From the NCBI RefSeq assembly GCF_000008365.1, contig NC_006908.1:270001-302000 (forward strand): 32,000 nucleotides of DNA, read 5' to 3'. A program made the translations under genes and the position numbers. A model generated the notes under the pieces. That model saw only the letters and a program-made list of their open reading frames with translations. It searched no databases and was not told where the DNA came from. Origin of the DNA: Mycoplasma mobile 163K (GTDB lineage: Bacteria > Bacillota_I > Bacilli_A > Mycoplasmatales > Metamycoplasmataceae). The first letter of the stretch is position 1, and each line of letters begins with the position of its first letter. Below, piece by piece: positions 23,169-32,000 of this stretch.

Positions 23169-23681
23169 CTAAAATTCTAAATCTCAATCCATTTCTTCAT
23201 CTTCATCAGTTTCAGTTTTGAAACTTTGACTTGTTTTTTGAATTTTTGAACTTTTATTTTCGCTCGAATCAACAAATGTTGGTTCTGAAAAATTTGAATT
23301 GGATTTTTGTTTTGTTTCAAAGTTATTTGTTCCTTGAAACTCTTTTCTTTCATCTCTAGCTTTTTTACTTTCTAAAGATTTTATATTTGAAATAGTAACT
23401 TCATAAACATTTACAAATTCATCATTTGAATTTTTGAATGTAGATGTGCTAAAAGTTCCTTCAACACTTACTAAATCTCCTATGTTCATGTAATTATTTA
23501 CAAAAGTAGCAGTGTTTCTTCAAGCAATCACCGGAATAAAATCACTATCTTCTCTTGCGTTTTGACTTACATTGTCTTTTCTTACAGCAACACGAAATCT
23601 AACATATGGAATATTTGAATTAGATGTTTCTTTTAATTCTCCTTTTTGAGCAATTCTTCCAACTAATAATACTTTATTCAT
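23169..23681 (-). CDS. ssb: Single-stranded DNA-binding protein
   Basis: RBS GAAGGAG precedes ATG 23681. The OB-fold N-terminus is MNKVLLVGRIAQKGELK...FIPVIAW-RNTA. The track ORF 23184..23489 extends at both ends. With TGA read as Trp, the C-terminus reads ...DEDEEMDWDLEF and stops at TAG 23169..23171. Confidence 0.88.
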
Positions 23682-23717
23682 ATAAGACTCCTTCATTGTG
23701 CTATTAAACTAAATTTT

Positions 23718-24182
23718 TTATTCTCTATTTTCAGATTGAACTTTTTTTCTTGTATAGATTCTTTTTTCCCCTGAAGACTCTCTATTATTTGAAAATTCTT
23801 TATTTTCTGTTCCAACATTTTCTCTGTTAATTGTACTTGGATTTCTTCTAGGTCTATCTGCTGTTATTTTTTTAGTAAATTTCTTTTCACTAGCTTTTTT
23901 GCTTAAATATTTTTCTGTGTCTAAGTTAATAACCATAGTACGTCAAATAGTTTTTGAAATATTTGCACGTCTATTAAATTCAGTAATTTCAGGTCCTTTT
24001 GCTTCAACATTTACTAAAAAATAGTGCGCTGTACTTGAATGATTAACTTTATAAGCTAATTCTGTTCTTTCAAGTTGTTCAAATTTTTCAATTTTTTTGA
24101 AAATTTGATTTGTGAATTTTTCAATTACTGACTTTTCTTCTTTTGGATCAGTCATAATTAAAATTTCATATTTATTAGGCAT
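23718..24182 (-). CDS. rpsF: 30S ribosomal protein S6 with a C-terminal extension
   Basis: RBS GGGAGGGG precedes the ATG. ORFs 23943..24182 and 23718..23936 share one phase and join across TGA 23943. It sits in the conserved rpsF-ssb-rpsR order. Confidence 0.9.
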
Positions 24183-24343
24183 TTGCCCCTCCCTTTGGTC
24201 ATCTGGGTTTTTGATAATATATTTATAAAAACCAAGGAGTTTTAAAACTCATTTATCATTATAAATTAAAAGTTTTTTAAATTTCAACTTTATAAAGATT
24301 TATTTAATAATCAAATTTTTAATTTTTTTTATAAAATTATCTT

Positions 24344-25015
24344 ATGCATAGATTTTTTGTAACAAAAAAAATAAATAACACTTTTATTTTAGATGAAAAA
24401 GTATTAAATCACATTAAAGTATTAAGAATCAAAAACGATTTTTTTATTTGCAATTATAATAATGAATTTTATAAATGTAAATTAGAAAATAAAATTGCAA
24501 TTATAGTAGAGAAATTAAATATTGACAATGAGTTTAAAAATGAAGTTGTTTTAGCTATGGCTTTGATTAATCCAAAAAATTTTGAGTTAGTCTTGCAAAA
24601 AGCAACAGAACTAGGAGCTACTAAAATTATCCCTTTTATTTCAAAATTTTCAAATTTTAAAAAAGATTTTGCCTTAAAAAAAATAGAAAGATGAAATGAA
24701 ATTATTTTAAACGCTTCAAGTCAATCGTTTAGAAATAAGGTTCCCATTTTGGAAAAACCACTTGATTTTTCACAAGTATTGGATTTAAATTATGAATATA
24801 AATATATTGCATACGAAAATACAGATTTGAGTAAAGAATTAAATACAAATTTGTTTTGCTCAAATTCAATTTTTATTATTGGACCTGAAGGAGGTTTTTT
24901 TCAAGATGAAATAAAAACAGCAATTGAAAAAGGTTGAAAAACAATTTCTCTAGGCAAAAGAATTTTAAGATCTGAAACTGCAGCTTTTTTTGTTTTATCA
25001 AGAGTAAATGAGTAA
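24344..25015 (+). CDS. rsmE: 16S rRNA (uracil1498-N3)-methyltransferase RsmE-like
   Basis: MHRFFV start, ...KATELGATKIIPF..., IIGPEGGF and LGKRILRSETAA motifs are present. The two track ORFs join across TGA codons and end at TAA 25013..25015. Confidence 0.8.
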
Positions 25016-25193
25016 TATTTAAACTGAAAACAAATATATTTTAAAAGCTTAAAAAATCAAAATGAAAAAAATAATAGATAAATGATAAATAATAATTAAA
25101 TTTAATGTAAAATAATAAAAACTTAACTCTATTGAGTATATAATTATGCAACTAAAGAGAAAATTAAAATTTAAAATAAACTAAGGAGAACAA

Positions 25194-25628
25194 ATGAGAC
25201 AAACAACAATTATAAGACATAAAGAAACTGATAAAAAATGATTTGTTGTAGATGCAGAAGGTCAGGTGCTAGGTCGTTTAGCATCGGTTGTAGCATCTTA
25301 TTTAAGAGGTAAAAATAAGCCTACTTTTACACCAAATGTTGATATGGGTGATAACATTATTGTAATTAATGCAGATAAAGTTGTCCTAACAGCAAAAAAA
25401 GAAGATGACAAAATTTATTATTCAAGTTCTGGTTATAATGGTGGTTTAAAAGCAATTAATGCAAGAGATTTAAGAGCAAAAAAACCATTTGCGCTTGTTG
25501 AAAAAGCTGTAAAAGGAATGATTCCGCATACAAAATTAGGTCGTAAACAATTCGGGAATTTATATGTTTATGCAGGTAGAGAGCACAATCATGAAGCTCA
25601 AAAACCAGAAGTATTAGAGGTTAAATAA
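25194..25628 (+). CDS. rplM: 50S ribosomal protein L13
   Basis: RBS AAGGAGAAC precedes ATG 25194. The N-terminus [31 protein letters not shown] is restored by reading TGA as Trp. Confidence 0.95.
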
Positions 25629-26020
25629 TGTCAGATATAATGTACCGTGGATTAGGAAGAAGAAAAAGTTCTTCTGCGAGAGTAATTTTGAGACCAGGTA
25701 AAGGTGAATTCTTAATTAACAAAAGAGTAGCTAGAGATTACCTGATGTCTGATATCTTATTGAAAGATGCTCTACAACCAATTGTTATTTCAGATCAAAA
25801 AGAAAAATTTGATATTACTGTTAATGTAAGAGGTGGAGGTTTGAGTGGTCAAGCAGGAGCTATTAGATTAGGAATTGCAAGAGCTTTATTAGAAGTTTCA
25901 GTTGATTTTCGTAAAAACTTAAAAACAGCAGGAATGTTAACAAGAGATGCTAGAGTTAAAGAACGTAAAAAACCAGGATTGAAAAAAGCTAGAAAAGCAA
26001 GACAATTTTCAAAACGTTAA
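25628..26020 (+). CDS. rpsI: 30S ribosomal protein S9
   Basis: It joins rplM at a TAATG overlap. [19 protein letters not shown] and the C-terminal [12 protein letters not shown] are present. Confidence 0.96.
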   Translation: MSDIMYRGLGRRKSSSARVILRPGKGEFLINKRVARDYLMSDILLKDALQPIVISDQKEKFDITVNVRGGGLSGQAGAIRLGIARALLEVSVDFRKNLKTAGMLTRDARVKERKKPGLKKARKARQFSKR

Positions 26021-26082
26021 TAAATTTTTATTTTTAAAAACTTTTTATTTATATATAATAAAAGAATAAAAGTTTATTTTAT

Positions 26083-26159
26083 GGGAGCGTAGCTCAGCTG
26101 GTTAGAGCACACGACTGATAATCGTGAGGTCGATGGTTCGAGTCCATTCGTTCCCACCA
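26083..26159 (+). tRNA. trnI: tRNA-Ile (anticodon GAU)
   Basis: It has GGGAGCGTAGCTCAGCTGGTTAGAGCA, anticodon arm CACGA-CTGATAA-TCGTG, T loop TTCGAGT and the 3' end CGTTCCCACCA. Confidence 0.92.
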
Positions 26160-26173
26160 TATCATTTAGGACC

Positions 26174-26199
26174 AAGAATCTTTAATAAGATTCTTTTTT
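26174..26199 (+). terminator. Rho-independent terminator after tRNA-Ile
   Basis: AAGAATCTT / loop TAAT / AAGATTCTT forms a 9-bp stem followed by TTTT. Confidence 0.7.
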
Positions 26200-26215
26200 A
26201 TTTATAATTTAAATT

Positions 26216-26989
26216 ATGATACTAAAAGTAAAGAAAACTTGAGAGAAAAACTCTTTGGGATTTGATTCAAATTTATTTATTTATCAAGATAAAACAATGT
26301 TTAATTATTCTGTAGACACAATTTTATTGGGTAATTTTTGTTCTATAAATTCCAAAACTAAAAGTATTCTTGAAATAGGAACAAATAATGCAGCTCTTGC
26401 AATTTTTGTTTCTGAGAGAAATAAGAATATTAAAATTGATGCAATTGAATTGCAAAAAAAAGCGATTCATTTAGCTAATTTTAATGTTATTATGAATTCA
26501 AAAGAAGAACAAATCTCAATTATTCATGCTAATTTTAATTCTTTTTGAAAAAAACATAATAAAAATCAAGCAAAAAAATATGATTCAATCATTTGTAATC
26601 CTCCATTTTATCAAATTGGTAAAAGACAATTAAAAAATGTAAGTAAAGAAAAACTAATTGCAACTTATGATCTTAAACTCAATTTTGATCAATTAATAAA
26701 AGGAGCTTCTAAAATTATTAAACAAAAAGGATATTTTTCGGTTGTAATACCAACTGAGAGATCAATTGATTTTTTTACAATTTTAAGAAAATATGATTTC
26801 GAACCAAAAAAAGTTCAATTTATCCACCCTAGAATTAATCAAAAATCAAATTTAGTTTTAATTGAATCAAGATATAAAACAGGTTGAGGAACAAATTTTT
26901 TAGAAAATATTTATTTACACCCTGAAGATGAACAAAATCATGAATATTTACCTAATGTTAAAAGTTTATATAAACCAATTAAATTTTAG
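26216..26989 (+). CDS. SAM-dependent N6-adenine methyltransferase (NPPF motif); resembles tRNA m6A37 methyltransferase (TrmN6/YfiC family)
   Basis: ATG 26216 extends track ORF 26255..26548 across TGA codons to TAG 26987..26989. The motifs ILEIGTNNAALAIF (SAM pocket) and YDSIICNPPFY (catalytic) are present. Confidence 0.7.
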
Positions 26990-27056
26990 ATTTTCAAAAT
27001 CCTTATAACTAATATATAATAATATAGTTATACAAAATTACTAATTAAGGAATAAT

Positions 27057-27497
27057 ATGAAAAAAAATATAGATAAAAATGAATTGAAGAAAAGATTGAC
27101 AGATTTACAATGAAAAGTAACTCAGGAAAATGGAACCGAAAGACCTTATAACAATGAATTTGACAATCATTTTGAAGAAGGTATTTATATAGATATTGTA
27201 GATGGGACACCTTTATTTATATCGAAAGATAAGTATAATTCAGGCTGTGGTTGACCTGCTTTTACAAAACCAATTGATCCATTTGTTATAGAAGAAAAAA
27301 TGGACTTCACTTCAGGAATGACTAGAGTTGAAATTAGATCTAAAAATGCTGATTCGCATTTAGGTCATGTTTTTAATGATGGACCAAGAGATAAAGGTGG
27401 CTTGCGTTTTTGTATCAATAGTGCATCATTAAAATTTATAAAAAAAGAAGATCTTGAAAAGGAAGGGTATTCAACATACTTAAAATTATTTAAATAA
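27057..27497 (+). CDS. msrB: Peptide-methionine (R)-S-oxide reductase
   Basis: RBS AAGGAATAAT precedes ATG 27057. [27 protein letters not shown] and the catalytic [11 protein letters not shown] are present. The N-terminal half is hidden by two TGA codons. Confidence 0.9.
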
Positions 27498-27520
27498 TTT
27501 TAAGATTTTATTCTAATTTT

Positions 27521-27856
27521 ATGAAACAAATAATTGCCCCCAGAGAAAAAGGTAGTTCTTTTAAAAAATATTTAAGATTTTTTTGAATCGTTTTTTTTCA
27601 CTATTTTTGTTTTTTTGCTTATGTTTCAATATTTAGATTTTATTCCATTTATTCTATTTTTGTTTTAAATACATTTGTTGGTGTAACAAATCCATTTTGA
27701 TATTTAATTTATTATTTTGTTTTTATTGGCCCGGGAACAAATGCCTCAATGAACTTAATGTATTTAGGAACTGGTTCACTAGCATCAAGAGCTTTTATGT
27801 GATTAAATACAAGTTTGTTAATAGTTTCAATGCCTTTTTTAATGTTTATTGTTTAA
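27521..27856 (+). CDS. Hypothetical small hydrophobic protein (111 aa)
   Basis: I verified it codon by codon: 111 sense codons, 3 of them TGA, ending at TAA 27854..27856. The product MKQIIAPREKGSSFKKYLRFFW-IVFFHYFCFFAYVSIF... has about 3 hydrophobic segments. There is no obvious RBS. Confidence 0.4.
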
Positions 27857-27913
27857 AATTCATAAACTTTACACAATTTTTTGAAAATATTTAAAGGTTT
27901 TTTTCTTTTAGTA

Positions 27914-27919
27914 TATAAT
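27914..27919 (+). promoter_or_regulatory. -10 box (TATAAT) of the S10 ribosomal protein operon
   Basis: GTATATAATAAAAAAG lies about 120 nt upstream of the rpsJ ATG, which implies a long leader. Confidence 0.35.
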
Positions 27920-28039
27920 AAAAAAGCACATTATAAAACATGGTTAAGAAGCATAAGGTTGTTGATACTCCAAGAGTAGTTGTTAAGAGTTTCAAGTTTT
28001 TATGTGGAGCCAGTTCAAAAAGAACAAAGGAGCAACAAA

Positions 28040-28348
28040 ATGAGCAAAATTAAAATTAAACTAAAATCATTTGATGCAGATTTAATTGAAGAAGTTTCAA
28101 AAAAATTTGTAGCTTTTGCAAAGTCAAAAGACATCAAGATGAGTGGACCAATTCCACTACCTACTAAAATTGAAAGAATTACAATTTTAAGGTCAGTACA
28201 CGTTAATAAAGATTCACGTGAACAATTTGAAAGTAGAACACATAAAAGATTAATTATCTTTGAAAATCTTGACAAAAAAATGTTGGACGCTTTGAAAAGA
28301 CAAGAGATTTCTACTGGTGTTCAAGTTGAAATAAAAGAAATAAATTAA
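28040..28348 (+). CDS. rpsJ: 30S ribosomal protein S10
   Basis: RBS AAAGGAGCAAC precedes ATG 28040. MSKIKIKLKSFD...PIPLPTKIERITILRSVHVNKDSREQFE is present. The track's upstream start at 27980 lacks an RBS. Confidence 0.95.
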   Translation: MSKIKIKLKSFDADLIEEVSKKFVAFAKSKDIKMSGPIPLPTKIERITILRSVHVNKDSREQFESRTHKRLIIFENLDKKMLDALKRQEISTGVQVEIKEIN

Positions 28349-28370
28349 ATTATAAAAATTAGGAGAAAAG

Positions 28371-29264
28371 ATGAAAGGAATCTTAGGACAAAAAATTGGG
28401 ATGACTCAAATTTATACAGCACAAGGAAACAAAGTTCCTGTAACTGTAATTGAAGTTAAACCAAATGTTGTTACACATAAATTCGAAAACACTAAAGATG
28501 GCTATGTTGCATTGCAACTTGGTGCTTTTGATCAAAAAGAAAGAAAATTTAAAAAACCAGAAATTGGTCATTTTAAAAAATCAAACACAACGCCTAAGCG
28601 CTTCGTTAAAGAAATCCGTAATATGGATGGATATAATCTTGGCGATTTAGTAAAAGCAGACATTTTTAAAAGTGGAGAGCTAGTTGATGTTACAGGAATT
28701 TCAAAAGGAAAAGGATTTGCTGGAACAATCAAAAGACACAATCAAAAAATCGGTCCAAAATCGCATGGTGGTGGTGGTGGATCAAAACCAGTTAGACAAA
28801 CAGGATCAATTGGAGATATTGCTGGAAACAAAGTTCTTAAAGGTATGACAATGCCTGGTCATTTAGGAAATGTACAAAGAACAATTCAAAATTTAGAAGT
28901 TGTAAAAGTAGATATCAAGAACAATATTTTGTTAGTAAAAGGATCTGTCCCAGGGCCAAAAAATTGTTTTTTAATTATTAAAAGCGCTATTAAAAATCTT
29001 CCTTCAAGAGAAGCAATTGAATTAGTTAATATTAAAGAAGCAATTCTAAAAAACCAATTACTTGAATCAGCTAAAAAATATGGTGCTGAAGTAAGTGTTG
29101 ATATGAAAATTCATGAGATGGAAGAAATAATTCATGCAGCAATGAAAGAAAAAGAAAAATTAGAACAAGAAGCTAAACAAAATGCTGAAAAATCTAATTC
29201 AGATGATGATGTTAGAAAAGAAGCAGAAAAATTAAACAAAAATAAAGAAGATAAAGGAGAATAG
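28371..29264 (+). CDS. rplC: 50S ribosomal protein L3 with a C-terminal extension of about 90 aa
   Basis: It starts [15 protein letters not shown], has the FAGTIKRHN core, and the L3 core ends near ...[13 protein letters not shown] charged tail then continues to 29264. Confidence 0.95.
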   Translation: MKGILGQKIGMTQIYTAQGNKVPVTVIEVKPNVVTHKFENTKDGYVALQLGAFDQKERKFKKPEIGHFKKSNTTPKRFVKEIRNMDGYNLGDLVKADIFKSGELVDVTGISKGKGFAGTIKRHNQKIGPKSHGGGGGSKPVRQTGSIGDIAGNKVLKGMTMPGHLGNVQRTIQNLEVVKVDIKNNILLVKGSVPGPKNCFLIIKSAIKNLPSREAIELVNIKEAILKNQLLESAKKYGAEVSVDMKIHEMEEIIHAAMKEKEKLEQEAKQNAEKSNSDDDVRKEAEKLNKNKEDKGE

Positions 29265-29266
29265 TT

Positions 29267-30148
29267 ATGGCTGAAGAATTGAAAAAAACAACAAAAGAAA
29301 AAACTCCAGTAAAAAAATCTTCTAAAGTTTCTGCAAGCAAAGCACCAACAAAAAAAGTAACTAAAACTACCGAAGTAAAAAAAGCAGATAAACTTGAAAA
29401 AGTTTCAAAACCAAAATCTGAAAGTACTAAAGTTTCTAAAGTATCAGTAAAATCAGTTAAAACTGAATCAATCAAATCAGAACCAGTAAAAACTAAAAAA
29501 TCAAAAATTAAAGTTCTATCATCAAAAACAAATGAAGCAAAAAATATTTTGTTTAAAAATACAGTTAGTTTACCCAAGGGAATTTTTGGTTTATCTGAAG
29601 AAAAAATTAATACTCAAGCTATTTTTGATTCTATTTTATTTGAAAGAGCATCCCAAAGACAAGGGACACATTCAACTAAAACAAGAAGTGAAGTAAGTGG
29701 TGGTGGTAAAAAGCCATGAAAACAAAAAGGAACAGGTAGAGCAAGAGCTGGTTCTACAAGATCACCTATTTGAGTAGGTGGAGGAATTACTTTTGGTCCT
29801 AAACCACAAAAAAAATATGATTTTAAAATAAATAAAAAAGTTCGTAATCTTGCATTTTTATCTTCACTGACATTACTTGCAAATAAAAACGCTATTTTAG
29901 TTGAGGATTTAAAATTAGAAAAAATTTCTTCACAAGAATTAATAAAAAAATTAGAGGATTTAAAAATTAACAACTTAAAGAAAATTTTAATTGTTAGTGA
30001 TGATGAAAAAATTTTCAAATCAGGAAGAAATGTTCAAAATCTTCATGTAGTTAAATTAAATTCATTAACAGTTGAACTTTTAAATGAAACACATGCATTA
30101 TTGTTGAGTAAAAAAGATCTTACTACATTAGAAAGTAGAGTTAAATAA
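29267..30148 (+). CDS. rplD: 50S ribosomal protein L4 with an N-terminal Lys/Ser/Thr-rich extension of about 80 aa
   Basis: ORF 29267..29719 continues across TGA codons ([36 protein letters not shown]) to TAA 30146..30148. Canonical L4 sequence begins only around residue 83. Confidence 0.93.
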
Positions 30149-30789
30149 TGAATCATAATGAAATTATTAAATACCCTTTATTAACAGAAAAATCATATAA
30201 AACTATGGCTCAAAATGTTTATGTTTTTGCTGTTGACAGAAGAGCTAGAAAAATTGAAATTAAAGATGCAATAGAATTTATTTTTGAAGTAAAAGTAGAA
30301 AAAATCAATTTATTTAATGTTCCTCAAAAAGAAAAAAAAGTAGGACGTTTTAAAGGTCTTACAAATTCATATAAAAAGGCTTATGTTTATTTAAGAGAAG
30401 GAAAAATCAATATTTTCCCTGAAGAAATTGAAAAAGAACAAAAAGTTGAAAAACAATTAATTAAAGAAAAATCAACATCAGAACTTAAATTAGAAGAAAA
30501 AATTGCAGCAAAAATTGCAGCAAAAGAACAGTCAGAAATTAAGGATGAAATTGTTAAAAGCGTTCCTAAAAAAGTAACTTCTATCAAAAAAGAAATTACT
30601 TCAAAAGAGGTAACCCCAATTAAGAAAACAACTTCTGTTAAGAAAGAAACTTCTCCTAAAGAAATAACTTCTGTTAAAAAAACAACAACAAAAGAAAAAG
30701 ATAAAACATTAGTAGTGGCAAAAAAAGCAACTATTGATACAAAAGTTAAATCTACTACAACTAAAAAAACAACAACAAAAAAAGTTTAA
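30148..30789 (+). CDS. rplW: 50S ribosomal protein L23 with a repetitive C-terminal extension of about 120 aa
   Basis: It joins rplD at a TAATG overlap. The L23 core is IIKYPLLTEKSY...KKAYVYLREG. A K/T/S/E-rich tail follows. Confidence 0.92.
   Translation: MNHNEIIKYPLLTEKSYKTMAQNVYVFAVDRRARKIEIKDAIEFIFEVKVEKINLFNVPQKEKKVGRFKGLTNSYKKAYVYLREGKINIFPEEIEKEQKVEKQLIKEKSTSELKLEEKIAAKIAAKEQSEIKDEIVKSVPKKVTSIKKEITSKEVTPIKKTTSVKKETSPKEITSVKKTTTKEKDKTLVVAKKATIDTKVKSTTTKKTTTKKV
30568..30702 (+). repeat. Imperfect in-frame tandem repeat (about 54-nt / 18-aa unit, about 2.5 copies) inside the L23 tail
   Basis: The repeat units read KKVTSIKKEITSKEVTPI / KKTTSVKKETSPKEITSV / KKTTTKEKD. At nucleotide level AAAGAAATAACTTCTGTTAAAAAAACA recurs with variants. 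Confidence 0.6.
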
Positions 30790-30880
30790 AAAAACAAAAA
30801 TATAGCGAAATTGATTAATTAATAAATCAATCAAATGCTTAGAAGAAAATTCGCAACTATTTTTAGGCAAAGGAGAAAAA

Positions 30881-31732
30881 ATGGCTATTAAATATTTTAA
30901 GCCAACTACTAATGGTAGAAGAAATATGTCAAGTTTAGATTATTCAAAAAATTTAACTGGGCATGAACCTACAAAAAGTCTTATGACTATTTTGAAAAAA
31001 AAGGCTGGTCGTAATAATTCAGGTCAAATCACAACAAGACATAAAGGATCTGGAGAAAAAAGAAAGTATCGTTTAGTTGATTTTAAAAGACAAAAAGATA
31101 ATATTGAAGCAATTGTGAAAACTATTGAATACGATCCAAACAGAAGTGCAAATATCTCATTAATTGTTTATAAAGATGGATTTAAATCATATATTTTATA
31201 TCCTAAAGGTTTAAAAGTTAATGATGTAATTGTTTCAGGTGAAGATGTTGATATTAAAATCGGAAATACTTTACCATTGAAAAACATTCCAGAAGGAACT
31301 TTCATTCATAATATTGAAATGCAACCTAAAGGTGGAGCTATTATCGCTAGATCAGCAGGTTCTTCTGCTCAAATTTTAGGTAAAGATGACAATGGAAAAT
31401 ATGTTGTTTTAAGATTAAAATCTGGTGAAACAAGAAGAATTTTGGCTGAATGTAGAGCAACAATTGGTGTTGTCGGTAATGAAGAACATTCACTTGTTAA
31501 TGTTGGAAAAGCCGGAAGAAATCGTCACAAAGGAATCAGACCTACTGTTAGAGGATCTGCCATGAACCCAAATGATCACCCGCATGGTGGTGGTGAAGGT
31601 AAACAACCAATTGGTAGAAAAAGCCCTATGACTCCTTGAGGTAGAAAAGCACTTGGTCCTAAGACAAGAAAAACAAACAAATCTTCAACAAAATTAATAA
31701 TTAGAGGAAGAAAAAAGAGGATAAATAACTAA
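30881..31732 (+). CDS. rplB: 50S ribosomal protein L2
   Basis: RBS AAAGGAGAAAAA precedes the ATG. The ORF continues past TGA (…[17 protein letters not shown]...) to TAA 31730..31732. The motif [14 protein letters not shown] is present. Confidence 0.96.
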
Positions 31733-32000
31733 TGGCAAGATCAGCAAAAAAAGGATTTTATGTAGAAGCATCATTAATGAAAAAAGTAGTTAATGCTATC
31801 GAATCAAAATCAAAAAAACCAATCAAAACATGATCAAGACGTTCAACTATTTTCCCTGAATTTGTAGGTTTTACATTTCAAGTTCATAATGGAAGACAAT
31901 TTATTGATGTTTATGTAACAGATGATATGGTTGGGCATAAATTAGGAGAATTTTCACCAACAAGAACATACACAGGTCATGGATCAGAAAAAGGTAAGAA
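31732..32000 (+). CDS. rpsS: 30S ribosomal protein S19 (3' partial)
   Basis: It joins rplB at a TAATG overlap. [11 protein letters not shown]...[27 protein letters not shown]...[15 protein letters not shown] is present, and the ORF runs off the window edge. Confidence 0.93.

Noticed and set aside
27697-27894. A 65-aa plus-strand ORF from the track.
   Set aside because: It is in a different frame from the longer code-4 ORF 27521..27856, which spans the same DNA. It is shorter and has no RBS, so it is most likely a frame artefact.
27980-28039. The N-terminal extension of rpsJ suggested by the track (TTG-type start at 27980, MLRVSSFYVEPVQKEQRSNK...).
   Set aside because: The canonical S10 N-terminus (MSKIKIKLKSFD) begins at ATG 28040 directly after AAAGGAG. 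The upstream segment is better explained as operon leader.
29212-30018. Track ORFs 29212..29577 (-) and 29614..30018 (-), of 121 and 134 aa, antisense to rplC/rplD. The same applies to 30387..30587 (-), antisense to rplW.
   Set aside because: They lie exactly opposite Lys-rich (AAA/AAG) coding sequence. The reverse strand there is automatically Phe/Leu-rich and free of stops. There is no RBS, and the sense-strand genes are unambiguous ribosomal proteins.

Overview
This is an AT-rich Mollicutes (Mycoplasma-type) chromosomal window that must be read with genetic code 4 (UGA = Trp). Almost every conserved gene in the standard-code ORF track is broken at in-frame TGA codons and rejoins in one frame once TGA is read as Trp, and a tRNA-Trp(UCA) gene is present at 16732..16807. 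I stitched the fragments by hand. Left to right: a PGM/PMM-like::UPF0104 membrane fusion (5' partial), a ROK kinase, an MFS transporter with glpQ, and an APC permease. Next comes a complete minus-strand F1Fo operon (atpI-like, B, E, F, H, A, G, D, C) containing two unannotated small ORFs. These are a 40-aa charged ORF between atpA and atpG, and a 72-aa two-helix membrane ORF joined to atpC by a TAATG junction. After the operon: a translationally coupled three-gene cluster of unknown function led by a sigma-region-4/YlxM-like HTH protein, acpP, tRNA-Trp, and an FNT-family channel. Then a 585-bp intergenic region, an APC permease with arcA, tuf, rpsF-ssb-rpsR, rsmE, rplM-rpsI, tRNA-Ile, an NPPF methyltransferase, msrB and a hidden 111-aa membrane ORF. 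The window ends with the start of the S10 operon (rpsJ, rplC, rplD, rplW, rplB, rpsS), where L3, L4 and L23 carry long Lys-rich extensions. I found no CRISPR array, transposase, integrase or rRNA. The best candidates for something undescribed are the HTH-led three-gene cluster (14601..16453), the two small atp-embedded ORFs, and the PGM-like/membrane fusion. All homology calls rest on motif recognition by eye, not on database searches.
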